64,000 bases of DNA from Eledone cirrhosa. Its lineage: Eukaryota. The position numbers and the translations under genes are program-made. Location: NCBI GenBank assembly GCA_964016885.1, contig OZ024746.1, positions 11,966,001 through 12,030,000 of the forward strand, written 5' to 3'. The notes under the pieces were generated by a model. The model saw only the letters and a list, made by a program, of their open reading frames with translations. It made no database searches and was not told where the DNA came from. Positions 1-12,500 of this stretch are shown here, in pieces. Each line of letters starts with the position of its first letter. Position 1 is the stretch's first letter.

Positions 1-1568
1 GCTTGTCTTGCTCGCATAGGACTGTCTGGCGGGTTTTCTACAGCTGGATGCCCTTCCTAACACCAACCACATTTACAGTGTGGGGCTGGGAGGTTTTTAC
101 CGTGTTGCCTACACGGTCACATTACAGCGTGGACTGTGTGTTTTTTTTGTCGTGACACCTACACGATCTCGTTTGTTTCGGCCTGGATGTTGTGGCACCA
201 ACATAACTTTGCATTGAAGGGGGCGGTGTGGATGGGGTGGGACGGGGGTGTATTTTGTTAGAGATGCCTACTGACTAGTAGGTTTTACTTTGTATTTAGG
301 TAAGGCGGGTCTTCTCTGTTACTGAGTACCGCCAAAGGTCTCGGTCCAGTGACATTGTCTTGGAGAGGTGTAAGTGTGTGAGGTCGGAATTTATCAGCTC
401 GTCCCAGGTTTTCCTGGGTCTGCCTACTCCGTGGCTACCATCTATCTTTATTGCCCTGCACTTTGTTATACAGCTGTCGTCTTTCATGCGCATCACGTGA
501 CCATACCAACGTAGCCTTCTCTCAAGTAAACAACATCTGATCCCTCTTATTTCTAATTTTTTCCTTAGTTCGTTTATGCTTTGCCGTTCACGTATATTAC
601 TATTACACATCCAGCGGAGCATGCAAGCTTCGTTCCTCTCTAGTCTGCGTATATCCTCTGCACACAATGCCCAGGTCTCACTGCCATGCAACATTGCTGT
701 TCGTATGCAGGCATCATACAACCTGCCTTTCATTTTTAGGGAGAACCCTTTAGCGGCTAATAGTGGTATAAGCTCTCTGAACTTTTTCCATCCAGTTCTG
801 ACTCTAGCTACTGTACTTTCAGAGCACCCTCCCACACTGCTGATTTTGTCACCCAGGTAACGGAAGCTGTCCACTATTTCTATAGAACACTCTGCGCAAT
901 TGAAAGAGTTAGTATTTTGTGGGCACTTGCTGCTACTTATTGCACCAGAGCACCGGCCACATGTAAAATCTGTGTTCTTAGTTAGCTTACCTGTGATCCC
1001 ACTACATCTTTTTATGCACCCATACTTTGCATTTGGGACATAAAATGGAGTTTCTACCTACGCCTTTCCTACACACTGAGCATGGCCATTTCTCGGAGGG
1101 GACCGGCGCCTTATTTTCTTTCCTACAAACTAGAACTTTAGTTTTAGCCAGGTTAATTTTAAGGCCTTTTGATTCTAGGCCGTGCTTCCATGTTTGGAAT
1201 TTCTTCTCTAGCTCGGCCATTGATTCAGCTATGAGCGTTAGATCATCTGCGTACAGGAGTTCCCATGGGCAGCTGGTCTTGAACTCCTCTGTTATAGCCT
1301 GAAGGGCAATAATAAATAGTAGGGGGCTAAGAACAGAGCCCTGATGGACACCAACTTTTACGCTAAACTCTTCACTATATTCGTTGTTAATTCTAACCTT
1401 GCTGACTGTTTCTTTATACATGGCTTGTATGGCTCTCACAAGCCATTCGTCAACACCTAGTTTTCTAAGAGCCCATCAGATAATGGAACGGGGGACTCTG
1501 TCGAAGGCTTTCTCCAAGTCGACAAAAGCTAAGTATAGGGGTTTACTTTTAGCTAGGTACTTCTCTGT
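1..1568 (-). mobile_element. 5'-truncated RTE-clade LINE (RT C-terminal half plus 3' UTR running off the window start)
   Basis: Minus-strand RT motifs FVDLEKAFD, GVHQGSVLSPLLF, LLYADD, FRYLG, LHGSETW, RRLRWYGHV and GRPRKTW. Disrupted by a TGA near 1478 and a frameshift near 1005. The 3' UTR (1-295) matches the dispersed repeat at 4185-4410 in reverse. Confidence 0.9.
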
Positions 1569-2171
1569 GTATATGTATATATTTATTTACTGCACCACAT
1601 GTTACATAATCCCTTTGAATATTGTCTGAGTGAAGCTTTTATTCACTGAGTGTTCCACATGTATGAAAGAAACATGGGTATGCTGTAATAGGAAGAGCAT
1701 CTAGCTGTAGAAAATGTGCCAAACAACGGGTTCAGAGGACTCTTTAGCTGTGGTGCATGTACACACACTTACAGACATACACACACACACATAAATATAC
1801 ATACAATCAAACACACACACATAAACATAAATATACATACAGTCAAACACACACATAAACATACACATACAGACATAGATAAATGAACCAAACTACACAC
1901 ATCATCATCATCATCATCATTACATGGTGTTAGATCTTTCTCAAGGGTATTAGTGCTGTAATAACTTTAATAATAACTTTAATAATAAAAAGAAGAAAAT
2001 AAAAATGTCCTCAAGCAGGAATTTTTAGACAGCCATTTCCTTCAACTCCATCTTGTTTTCCTGTTCAGTTTTTTAAAGGAGGGAAAACAAGGTTAGCTGT
2101 CTTTCCATCTATCAAGGAAGCTGTAGCAACATAAAAAAAATGATTGTTTCTCAAGATATTGTTCTCATTTT

Positions 2172-2350
2172 ATTATCATCATGATCATGATCATGATCAT
2201 CATCAATATCATCATCATCATCATCATTATCAACACTATAATGATCATGATCATCATTGTCATCATCATTATCAACCATCATCATCATCATCATCATCAA
2301 CAACATGATCATCATCACAGTCATCAACATCATTATGATCATCATTATCA
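2172..2350. repeat. Degenerate (ATC)n microsatellite
   Basis: Direct reading. It explains the poly-I/H/D/M ORFs here. Confidence 0.9.
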
Positions 2351-3289
2351 GTATTTGACATCATCAGTATTGTTATTATTTGAAATTTTCAAAGTTTTCT
2401 TTCATTAAATTAGCCAGTTTAGTTTTTACTTTAGTTTTCTTTGTTTTCCTACATTTCTTTGTTAAAAAAAAGAATAATGACCTTTTTTCACTCCCGTTTC
2501 TTTCTTCTTGATTTACTTCCTATCGTATGATGGGAAGAAAGAGGCTTTTAACTTCTCAAATATCCTTAAAATCTATTGTTAATAAGTCTCTTACATTTTT
2601 CTATTTGTCTCCCCTTACTTTTTTATTTCTTTATTTTTGTCTAAGTTTTTTCTAGCTTTTTATTCTGTCCTATTTTTTGTTCTTTCTTTTCTTCTTCCAT
2701 GTCCTTTTCCCTGTGTTCTTTCTTTTTTTTCTTTCTTTTAGTCTTTCCCACTTTTCTTTCTATATAGAAGTACATTTCCTTCCAGTGCATGGATAATTGG
2801 TCATTTATACTTGGGATGAAAATGTTATACCACCATCAAATCTTCTAAACTTCTCATTTTCTCACAAGTTTGCCTTCCTCCCTATCTCTTTGTTTATGAG
2901 TAAATGTATGTGTGTGTCTCCCTTTCTCTCTGTATATATATGTATGTATATATATACATATATATACGTCTAACCCATGTTAACGTGGAAGATGGCCGTT
3001 AAACGAAGATGATGATGATGATTTATATATTGTTATACTTGGGGAGGGTCATATTGTTGTAATAATATTGCCAGAAATAATAACAGAACACACTCACCGT
3101 TTGGTTGGTTTTTGCTTCTGTATCTTTTATATCTCCATAGTTAATTTATTTGACAATCAATGTTTATCATTGACTGACCAACGGTTAAAAATACAGATAT
3201 AAATATATATATATAGTCTATCAAAGTTCTTTTGTTGCACATCTGCAACATCATCAGTGGTACTATTATGTTCCCTCCTATTGTATTGT

Positions 3290-3569
3290 AATGTCTATGC
3301 CATTTACAGGTATATATATATATATACCTGTAAGTGCCACGGCAAATATACATATATATATATATATATACCTGTAGGTGCTACGGCAAAAAAAAGCACC
3401 CAGCCCACACTGTAAAGTGGACATGTAGGTGCCACGGAAAAAAAAGCAACCAGCACTCACTGTAAATGAGGTTGGTGTTAGGAAGGGCATCCAGCTGTAG
3501 AAATCAAGCCAGAATCAGTTCCCGTCCCACCCTTGCAAGCAGGGAAAAGCGGACGTAAAATGATGATGA

Positions 3570-3572
<3 letters not shown>
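3290..3572 (+). mobile_element. RTE 3'-tail-derived short repeat (truncated LINE or SINE tail)
   Basis: Contains cactgtaaatgaggttggtgttaggaagggcatccagctgtagaaa and ends in (TGA)n. Same motif as the LINE 3' UTR at 1-120. Confidence 0.75.
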
Positions 3573-3623
<51 letters not shown>

Positions 3624-4184
3624 AATTATGAGTTGATGATACACCTGTAAAAGGGATTTAGATATTTAAAGCTCTAATGTAATTTTGTCCACATCCAGAT
3701 TGGTGAAAGACAGTCCAGCGATAAATCCAATTTGTAGGAAAAAAAACGGGAACTATTTTTTTTACTATTTAAAGCCTGTAGCTAAAAGTGTAAATAAAGC
3801 AGTTGACTAAAGAAGCATTGCGAAAATTTGAAATGTGTGAGTCCCAAATCAAATGCCCATAATAATAGTAGTTGATCACGATAAATAGTAGTTGAGAAAA
3901 ATAGATTGAGGCACCTACAAAGAATCCAACTCTCGTATCTCATGGATGTAGAGTCTATGCATTAACCACTTTCTAAACTATTATCCTATCCGTGCAAGTT
4001 TTATCCAGCTTCCATGGAAAGGAAAACATTCTGTAGTATGACAAATCACAAATTGCCAACCAACTTGATCTTGTGTCATCTCCTTCATTAAGTTCAACTT
4101 TGTGAGGCCAACTTTTCACACCTCATCCCAATTTTTCCCATCTTCCACAGGTGCATATGTGTGTGTGTGAGTATATGTCACGTC

Positions 4185-4410
4185 AAAAAACACACAGTTC
4201 ACGCTGTAATGTGACTGTGTAGGCAACACGGTAAAAACCTCCCAGCCCTACACTGTAAATGTGGTTGGTGTTAGGAAGGGCATCCAGCTGTAGAAAACCC
4301 GCCAGATAGTCCTATGCGAGCAAGATAATCACTCTTGCCTCAAGTGGGAAAACCCCCGTCCAAACCCATGCAAGCGTGGAACACGGACGTTAAACGTTGA
4401 TGATGATGAT
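4185..4410 (+). mobile_element. RTE LINE 3' UTR fragment with (GAT)n tail
   Basis: Near-identical reverse complement of positions ~1-120, continuing to gacgttaaacgttgatgatgat. Confidence 0.85.
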
Positions 4411-4471
4411 ATATATATATGTCCACAGGCTCACACACACATACTGTATATATGTATGTAATGTGTATATA

Positions 4472-4868
4472 CGAGGGTAATCCCAAAAGTAAGGTCTCCA
4501 AAGTGATGGGGACGCAGAGAAACTGTTCGTACGGCTGTTGGCAACACTGTTGTGATTAATACTTCCTTCACTCCCAAACAAGCATGCGCGCGCTTCACTG
4601 GGATACTCAATCTTGGCTTGGCAGCCACTGAGAATGGAGCTCCCGTTGAAGCTACCGCCAAGTGCGAATTTCGTGCAGTTATTATATAGAGGGCAATCCC
4701 AAAAGTAAGGTCACCTTCCGAGGAAAACATGCGTAAAGATCGGCGGATCACTCTGGATGCTCTCTGCATTTTGGTTCTTGAGGTTTCTCGAAGCACCATC
4801 CACAGGATTTTTACGGAAAAGTTGCAATATCGGAAGGAGACCTTACTTTTTGGGGGGGATTGCCCTCG
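4472..4868 (+). mobile_element. Internally deleted mariner element (MITE-like)
   Basis: TA-flanked TIRs cgagggtaatcccaaaagtaaggtctcc and ggagaccttactttttggggggattgccctcg. Internal transposase remnants AKCEFRAVI and RKDRRITLDAL...VSRSTIHRIFTEKLQYRK (HTH region). Confidence 0.85.
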
Positions 4869-4913
4869 TATATATAAAGGAAGAAGAAACTTTTATTCCT
4901 TCAACTCCATTCT

Positions 4914-4949
<36 letters not shown>

Positions 4950-5547
4950 TGAGTTAGAAACTCAAAACAGTCTCTTACAATTAAATAGCTGAAAGAAAGA
5001 GGTTTTTCTGAGCCGTGTAATATAACTGAATATAAAAGAGAGATAAACACAGATATATACATATTTGTTCAACCTCGTCCCTTACGATTTGAACAGACAC
5101 ACACACATATATATTACCATACATAAAAAGGTAGTTTACCAGTAAAATATTAAAATATCCAAATGGTTCTGAAGACAAGCGGTAATGGTTAGCAAGTCAA
5201 ACACCGTTCTTTATTCTTTTAGGCTCCCATTTCTCTTCATATAAACCATATGACACTAGAAGATGTCAGGCTACAGAAATTTGATAGATATGAAATGTGA
5301 ATATTTTATCAAGCAGATTTTTCCATTAAGCTTGTTCCAGCCATTAACAATAAAAATAAATGTTTCAGAGAGCATGTTACATTCAAATGTAAATAGCTGT
5401 GGCAGTCATTCAAGGTGATGGTGGTGGGGTGATGGTGGTGGGGGTGATGGTGGTGGGGGAAGGGGGTGATGGTGGTGATAACTGTGAAGATAGTAATGCT
5501 AGTGTTGCTGATGTTAATGCTGATTGTAATGATAATAAGCAGCATGA

Positions 5548-5731
5548 TAATTGTTTCTACTTTAGGCACAAGGCCAGCAATTACCCAGTGCATTACTGGT
5601 ACTTTATTTTATCGACCCCGTAAGGATGAAAGGCAAAGTCAACCTCGGCGGGATTTGAACTCAGATCGTAAAGGGACATAACTATGCTGGAGAGCATGGC
5701 GTCCGACGCTCTACCGATACTGCCAATCCAG
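5548..5731 (-). mobile_element. tRNA-derived SINE, family A (central segment resembles the Deu/Nin domain)
   Basis: On the minus strand: A-box TGGCAGTATCGG, B-box GAGTTCAAATCC, then gcctttcatccttacggggtcgataaaataaagtaccag and an AT-rich tail. More than 15 related copies in the window. Confidence 0.8.
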
Positions 5732-5950
5732 CATGTAATGATGCCAGATAAGTGTTTATGATAAAATGTGAATAGGATGATGGGATTTTTTTTCCAGCAA
5801 TTGATGTAATAAGAGTGAAGAAGTAGTACATGTTCCTACACCTCTCTCTCATATATATATATACATATCATCATCATACGTCCGCTTTGTATGTGTATAT
5901 ATAGATATGTATACATACATATACATATATCATCATATAATATATATATG

Positions 5951-6113
5951 TACTGCACCCTTCATTATTGTTCTTGTTTTTTACATATATATATACTGCA
6001 CTCTTCATTATTGTTCTTGTTTTTTACATATATATATACTGCACTCTTCATTATTGTTCTTGTTTTTTACATATATATATACTGCACTCTTCATTATTGT
6101 TCTTGTTTTTTTT

Positions 6114-6181
<68 letters not shown>

Positions 6182-6196
6182 AGAGAGAGAGAGAGA

Positions 6197-6258
<62 letters not shown>
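5951..6258. repeat. 43-bp minisatellite (4 units) followed by (TA)n(GA)n
   Basis: Unit tactgcactcttcattattgttcttgttttttacatatatata starts at 5951, 5994, 6037 and 6080. Confidence 0.9.
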
Positions 6259-6260
<2 letters not shown>

Positions 6261-6600
6261 CACATGGCTTAGTGGTTAGAGCATTGGCCTTGCAATCGAA
6301 AGGTTGTGAGTTCAAATCTCAGGCCAGGTGATGTGTTGTTTCCTTGAGCAAGACACTTTATTTCACATTGCTCCAGTTTACTCAGCTGTAGAAATGAGAT
6401 GATAGGGACCCCAGTCCCTATCATTCCACTGTAAAGTGGTCGTGGAGGTGCCACGGCAAAAAAGCACCCAGCACTCACTGTAAATGAGGTTGGTGTTAGG
6501 AAGGGCATCCAGCTGTAGAAACCTAGCCAGAATCAGTTCCCGTCCCACCCTTGCAAGCAGGGAAAAAGTGGACGTAAAATGAAATGATGATGATGATGAT
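6259..6600 (+). mobile_element. tRNA-derived CORE-like SINE head joined to an RTE-type tail
   Basis: A-box TGGCTTAGTGG, B-box GAGTTCAAATC, CORE-like ccttgagcaagacacttta, then the aggaagggcatccagctgtagaaa tail and (TGA)n. Confidence 0.7.
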
Positions 6601-6889
6601 ATATATATATTAATTCAAATATTAACAAAATAGATATTCTTGTGATCAATTAAATTTTATTATACATTATTTATTTAATTGATCACAAGAATATCTATTG
6701 TTAATATTTAAATTAATATTAATAACTCTGGAAATATTTTTCTGTAGAGTGCTTCCAATCTACTGTAAAACTCATTCTTTGCTGTAATCACTGAATCTTG
6801 TTTAAATCTTTAATATATATATATATATAAATCAAGAAAGAAGAGTGACATGGTTTGCTGGACTACCTATAAGAATAATTTGTTATCCC

Positions 6890-6932
<43 letters not shown>

Positions 6933-6935
<3 letters not shown>

Positions 6936-7185
6936 TCATCATCATTTAACATCCATTTTCTACGCTTGCATAGGTTAGATGGGTTGTCTTGTGAGACAAG
7001 CCAGGTCTGATGACCATAACTGGTTCATACATGACTGGCTTAGTTTTTATGGCTGGATGCCCTTCCTAACACCAACCACATTTACAGTGTGTGCTGGGTG
7101 CTTTTTGTCATGACACCTACATGACCATTTACAGTGTGGGCCAGGCACTGCGTTGCCATAACGACTACTTTACAGTGGGGACTGG
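6933..7185 (-). mobile_element. RTE 3'-tail-derived repeat
   Basis: (CAT)n followed by ggctggatgcccttcctaacaccaaccacatttacagtgtg. Confidence 0.75.
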
Positions 7186-7954
7186 GGACTAGGGAAGCGG
7201 GGAGAAATTTTTTCTGTGGGAATCATTTTCTTTTCTAAATTTTTTTGTTTGCTTTCGAACGATCTGACAGGGGGAGAGGGGGCACCTTCAGAGTTACAGA
7301 TGAGCACTTTTCAGCCATTTAAAAACACTTGCTCGGTATTATGAAGAAATGTTTTATCCTAGGTTTTTTTCATGTTATCAACTAATTTTTTTTCCCAGTG
7401 TAAGGTCAGATACTTTTTCAACAAACCTCAAATATATATAGGATGATGATGATGATAAAATGTGCAATAGATGTGCAATTAAAAAAAAAAAAATTAAATC
7501 TACTTATTAAATGAATCTGAAACAAACACCGAAAATATATATTTGAGGTTTGTTGAAACACGTATGTATATATGTATGTGTGTATATATATGGACACAGG
7601 GAAATTATATACTATGGATATAACTTCCCTGTGTTTTACCACTATATCATAATCATCATCATTTTACGTCTGCTTTTCCCTGCTTGCAAGGGTGGGACAT
7701 ATATATATATTGAAAACAGCAAGGTTTCACATTACGGTCTTTATTGAACCACCTATTATATATATATATTTATATATATATATATATTTACACACACACA
7801 CACACATATGTATGTATATATGTATGGCAGAATCCATTCATGAGTTGGGTCCCTGTTTGAGCTGAAATATTCACTGAGGTTATTGTTTGTAAATACATGC
7901 AAGATAAAAGAAAGAGAAAATTCAATTAGTTAAACAGAGAAGCTGACTCATCGA

Positions 7955-8278
7955 GAGGAGTGGTGATATATGCTACATGTATACATGGTTGAATGGAGTG
8001 GTGATATATGCTACATGTATACATGGTTGAATGGAGTGGTGATATATGCTACATGTATACATGGTTGAATGGAGTGGTGATGTATGCTACATACATGGTT
8101 GAATGGAGTGGTGATATATGCTACATACATGGTTGAATGGAGTGGTGATATATGCTACATGTATACATGGTTGAATGGAGTGGTGATATATGCTACATGT
8201 ATACATGGTTGAGAGGAGTGGTGATATATGCTACATGTATACATGGTTGGTAGGAGTGGTGATATATGCTACATACAT
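7955..8278. repeat. 38-bp minisatellite (~9 units, some 32-bp variants)
   Basis: Unit ggagtggtgatatatgctacatgtatacatggttgaat at 7957, 7995, 8033 and onward. Confidence 0.9.
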
Positions 8279-8319
8279 GCAGCCCATGTCATCGTGGAAA
8301 AAAAACAACAAACTTTAAA

Positions 8320-8605
8320 CATGACAATGATGATGATGATGATGAGAATGATGGTAATGATAATGATGATGATGGTAGTGATGGTGATGGTGGTGATGAT
8401 GATGATGAGAATGATGGTAATGATAATGGTGATGGTGGTGGTGATCGTGATGATGATGGTGGTGATGATGATGGTGATGATAATGATGACGATGACGATG
8501 ACGATGATGATGACGGTGGTGGTGATGATGATGATGACGGTGGTGGTGATGATGATGATGACGGTGGTGGTGATGATGATGATGACGGTGGTGGTGATGA
8601 TGATG
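8320..8605. repeat. Compound (GAT/GGT)n microsatellite
   Basis: Direct reading. Confidence 0.9.
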
Positions 8606-8836
8606 AAATACATCTATGTATAATGACAAAAGAAAAAAGATGAAATATGCTTCATAATTGAATGCCAAACAAAGACACAAGAAGAAAAGGTTTACACATC
8701 ATATAATTATATAATATACGGGGGCTGCAATCCACGGCCCTTAAATAAATGAGTTGTGAATCCTTAAGTTTCATAGTTGTTGGCTGATGTCAGCATTTTG
8801 TTACGTAGCAGAAACTGTCTTTCAGATTACGCCAAC

Positions 8837-9529
8837 CCCACGTGCACTGGCTGTCTACCCACGTGCACCGGCTGTCTACCCACGTGCACCGGCTGTCTAC
8901 CCACGTGCACCGGCTGTCTACCCACGTGCACCGGCTGTCTACCCACGTGCACTGGCTGTCTACCCACGTGCACTGGCTGTCTACCCACGTGCACTGGCTG
9001 TCTACCCACGTGCACTGGCTGTCTACCCACGTGCACAGGCTGTCTACCCACGTGCACCGGCTGTCTACCCACGTGCACCGGCTGTCTACCCACGTGCACC
9101 GGCTGTCTACCCACGTGCACCGGCTGTCTACCCACGTGCACCGGCTGTCTACCCACGTGCACCGGCTGTCTACCCACGTGCACCGGCTGTCTACCCACGT
9201 GCACCGGCTGTCTACCCACGTGCACTGGCTGTCTACCCACGTGCACCGGCTGTCTACCCACGTGCACCGGCTGTCTACCCACGTGCACTGGCTGTCTACC
9301 CACGTGCACTGGCTGTCTACCCACGTGCACTGGCTGTCTACCCACGTGCACTGGCTGTCTACCCACGTGCACTGGCTGTCTACCCACGTGCACTGGCTGT
9401 CTACCCACGTGCACTGGCTGTCTACCCACGTGCACCGGCTGTCTACCCACGTGCACTGGCTGTCTACCCACGTGCACTGGCTGTCTACCCACGTGCACTG
9501 GCTGTCTACCCACGTGCACCGGCTGTCTA
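8837..9529. repeat. 21-bp GC-rich minisatellite, 33 units
   Basis: Unit cccacgtgcac(c/t)ggctgtcta; 693 bp = 33 x 21. Confidence 0.97.
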
Positions 9530-9599
9530 AAGTTACAATGGCTGCACTGAAGCAAGTATAATGTGTAAGTATAAACTGATGAAATAGAATATATATATA

Positions 9600-12500
9600 G
9601 ATGATGATGATGGTAGTGGTGGTGGTGGTGGTGGAGGTGGTGTTGTTGTTGGTGGTGGTGGAGTTGTTGGTGGTGGTGGTGGTGTTGTTGGTGGTGGTGG
9701 TGGAGTTGGTGGTGGTGGTGGTGGAGTTGGTGGTGGTGGAGTTTTTGTTGGTGGTGGTGGTGGAGTTGTTGGTGGTGGTGGTGGAGTTGGTGGTGGTGGT
9801 GGTGGAGTTGGTGGTGGTGGAGTTGGTGGTGGTGGTGGGGTTGTTGGTGGTGGTGGTGGAAGTGGTGGAGGTGGTGGTGTTGTTGTTGGTGGTGGAGTTG
9901 TTGTGGGTGGTGGTGGTGGAGGTGGTGGTGGTGGAGGTGGTGGTGGAGTTGTTGTTGTTGGTGGTGGTGGAGTTGTTGTTGGTGGTGGTGGAGTTGTTGG
10001 TGGTGGTGGTGGAGTTGGTGGTGGTGGTGGGGTTGTTGTTGGTGGTGGTGGAGTTGTTGGTGGTGGTGGAGTTGTTGGTGGTGGTGGTGGAGTTGGTGGT
10101 GGTGGTGGGGTTGTTGTTGGTGGTGGTGGAGTTGTTGGTGGTGGTGGAGTTGTTGGTGGTGGTGGTGGAGTTGTTGGTGGTGGTGGAGTTGTTGATGGTG
10201 GTGGTGGAGTTGGTGGTGGTGGTGGGGTTGTTGTTGGTGGTGGTGGAGTTGTTGGTGGTGGTGGAGTTGGTGGTGGTGGTGGTGGAGTTGTTGTTGGTGG
10301 TGGTGGAGTTGGTGGTGGAGTTGTTGTTGGTGGAGTTGTTGGTGGTGGTGGTGGTGGAGTTGTTGTTGGTGGTGGTGGAGTTGTTGTTGTTGGTGGTGGA
10401 GTTGGTGGAGTTGTTGTTGGTGGAGTTGTTGTTGTTGGTGGTGGAGTTGTTGTTGTTGGTGGTGGTGGAGTTGTTGGTGGTGGTGGAGTTGTTGGTGGTG
10501 GAGTTGTTGGTGGTGGTGGTGGTGGAGTTGTTGGTGGTGGTGGAGTTGTTGTTGGTGGAGTTGTTGTTGGTGGAGTTGTTGGTGGTGGAGTTGTTGTTGG
10601 TGGTGGTGGTGGAGTTGTTGTTGGTGGTGGAGGTGGTGGTGGTGGAGTTGTTGGTGGTGGTGGTGGAGTTGTTGGTGGTGGAGTTGTTGTTGGTGGAGTT
10701 GTTGTGGTGGTGGTGGTGGTGGAGTTGTTGGTGGTGGTGGAGTTGTTGTTGTTGGTGGTGGTGGAGTTGTTGTTGTTGGTGGTGGTGGAGTTGTTGGTGG
10801 TGGTGGTGGAGTTGTTGGTGGTGGTGGAGTTGTTGGTGGTGGAGTTGTTGTTGGTGGAGTTGTTGTTGGTGGAGTTGTTGTTGTTGGTGGTGGTGGAGTT
10901 GTTGGTGGTGGTGGTGGAGTTGTTGGTGGTGGAGTTGTTGTTGTTGGTGGTGGTGGAGTTGTTGGTGGTGGTGGTGGAGTTGTTGTTGGTGTTGGTGGAG
11001 TTGTTGGTGGTGGTGGAGTTGTTGTTGGTGGAGTTGTTGTTGGTGGAGTTGTTGTTGTTGGTGGTGGCGGAGTTGTTGTTGGTGGTGGAGTTGTTGTTGG
11101 TGGTGGAGTTGGTGGTGGTGGTGGTGGAGTTGTTGTTGGTGTTGGTGGAGTTGTTGGTGGTGGTGGAGTTGTTGTTGGTGGAGTTGTTGTTGTTGGTGGA
11201 GTTGTTGTTGGTGGTGGTGGAGTTGTTGGTGGTGGTGGTGGAGTTGTTGTTGGTGGTGGTGGAGTTGTTGGTGGTGGTGGAGTTGTTGTTGGTGGAGTTG
11301 TTGTTGGTGGAGTTGTTGTTGGTGGTGGAGTTGTTGGTGGTGGTGGTGGAGTTGTTGTTGGTGTTGGTGGAGTTGTTGGTGGTGGTGGAGTTGTTGTTGG
11401 TGGAGTTGTTGTTGGTGGAGTTGTTGTTGTTGGTGGTGGTGGAGTTGTTGTTGGTGGTGGAGTTGTTGTTGGTGGAGTTGTTGTTGGAGTTGTTGGTGGT
11501 GGTGGTGGAGTTGTTGGTGGTGGTGGTGGAGTTGTTGGTGGTGGTGGAGTTGTTGTTGGTGGAGTTGTTGTTGTTGGTGGTGGTGGAGTTGTTGGTGGTG
11601 GTGGTGGAGTTGTTGGTGGTGGTGGAGTTGTTGGTGGTGGAGGAGTTGTTGGTGGTGGAGTTGTTGTTGGTGGAGTTGTTGTTGTTGGTGGTGGTGGAGT
11701 TGTTGGTGGTGGTGGTGGAGTTGTTGGTGGTGGTGGTGGAGTTGTTGGTGGTGGTGGTGCAGTTGTTGTTGTTGGTGGTGGTGGAGTTGTTGTTGGTGGT
11801 GGAGTTGTTGGTGGTGGAGTTGTTGTTGGTGGAGTTGTTGTTGTTGGTGGTGGTGGAGTTGTTGGTGGTGGTGGTGGAGTTGTTGGTGGTGGTGGTGGAG
11901 TTGTTGTTGTTGGTGGTGGTGGAGTTGTTGGTGGTGGAGTTGTTGTTGGTGGTGGTGGAGTTGGTGGTGGAGTTGTTGTTGTTGGTGGTGGAGTTGTTGG
12001 TGGTGGTGGAGTTGTTGGTGGTGGTGGTGGAGTTGTTGTTGTTGGTGGTGGTGGAGTTGTTGGTGGTGGTGGAGTTGTTGTTGGTGGTGGTGGAGTTGTT
12101 GGTGGTGGAGTTGTTGTTGGTGGAGTTGTTGTTGGTGGAGTTGTTGTTGTTGGTGGTGGAGTTGTTGTTGTTGGTGGTGGTGGAGTTGTTGGTGGTGGAG
12201 TTGTTGGTGGTGGTGGTGGAGTTGTTGTTTGTGGTGGTGGAGTTGCTGGTGGTGGAGTTGTTGTTGGTGGAGTTGTTGTTGGTGGAGTTGTTGGTGGTGG
12301 TGGAGTTGTTGTTGGTGGTGGAGTTGTTGGTGGTGGTGGTGGAGTTGGTGGTGGAGTTGGTGGTGGACTTGTTGTTGTTGGTGGTGGTGGAGTTGTTGTT
12401 GTTGGTGGAGTTGTTGGTGGTGGAGTTGTTGTTGGTGGAGTTGTTGTTGTTGGTGGTGGAGTTGTTGTTGTTGGTGGTGGTGGAGTTGTTGGTGGTGGTG

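Noticed and set aside
2030-5180. Short minus-strand exon-like segments (~2030-2120 and ~5135-5163)
   Set aside because: Plausible AG/GT dinucleotides but no recognisable peptide and no consistent phase. Expected by chance.
6259-6330. tRNA-like sequence with A and B boxes
   Set aside because: No complete cloverleaf or acceptor stem. It continues into a CORE-like domain, so it is a SINE head rather than a tRNA gene.
8777-9561. (PTCTGCL)n ORF resembling a Cys-rich metal-binding protein
   Set aside because: A 21-bp minisatellite that is open in most frames. Only one nucleotide varies and the ORF starts at a non-ATG codon.
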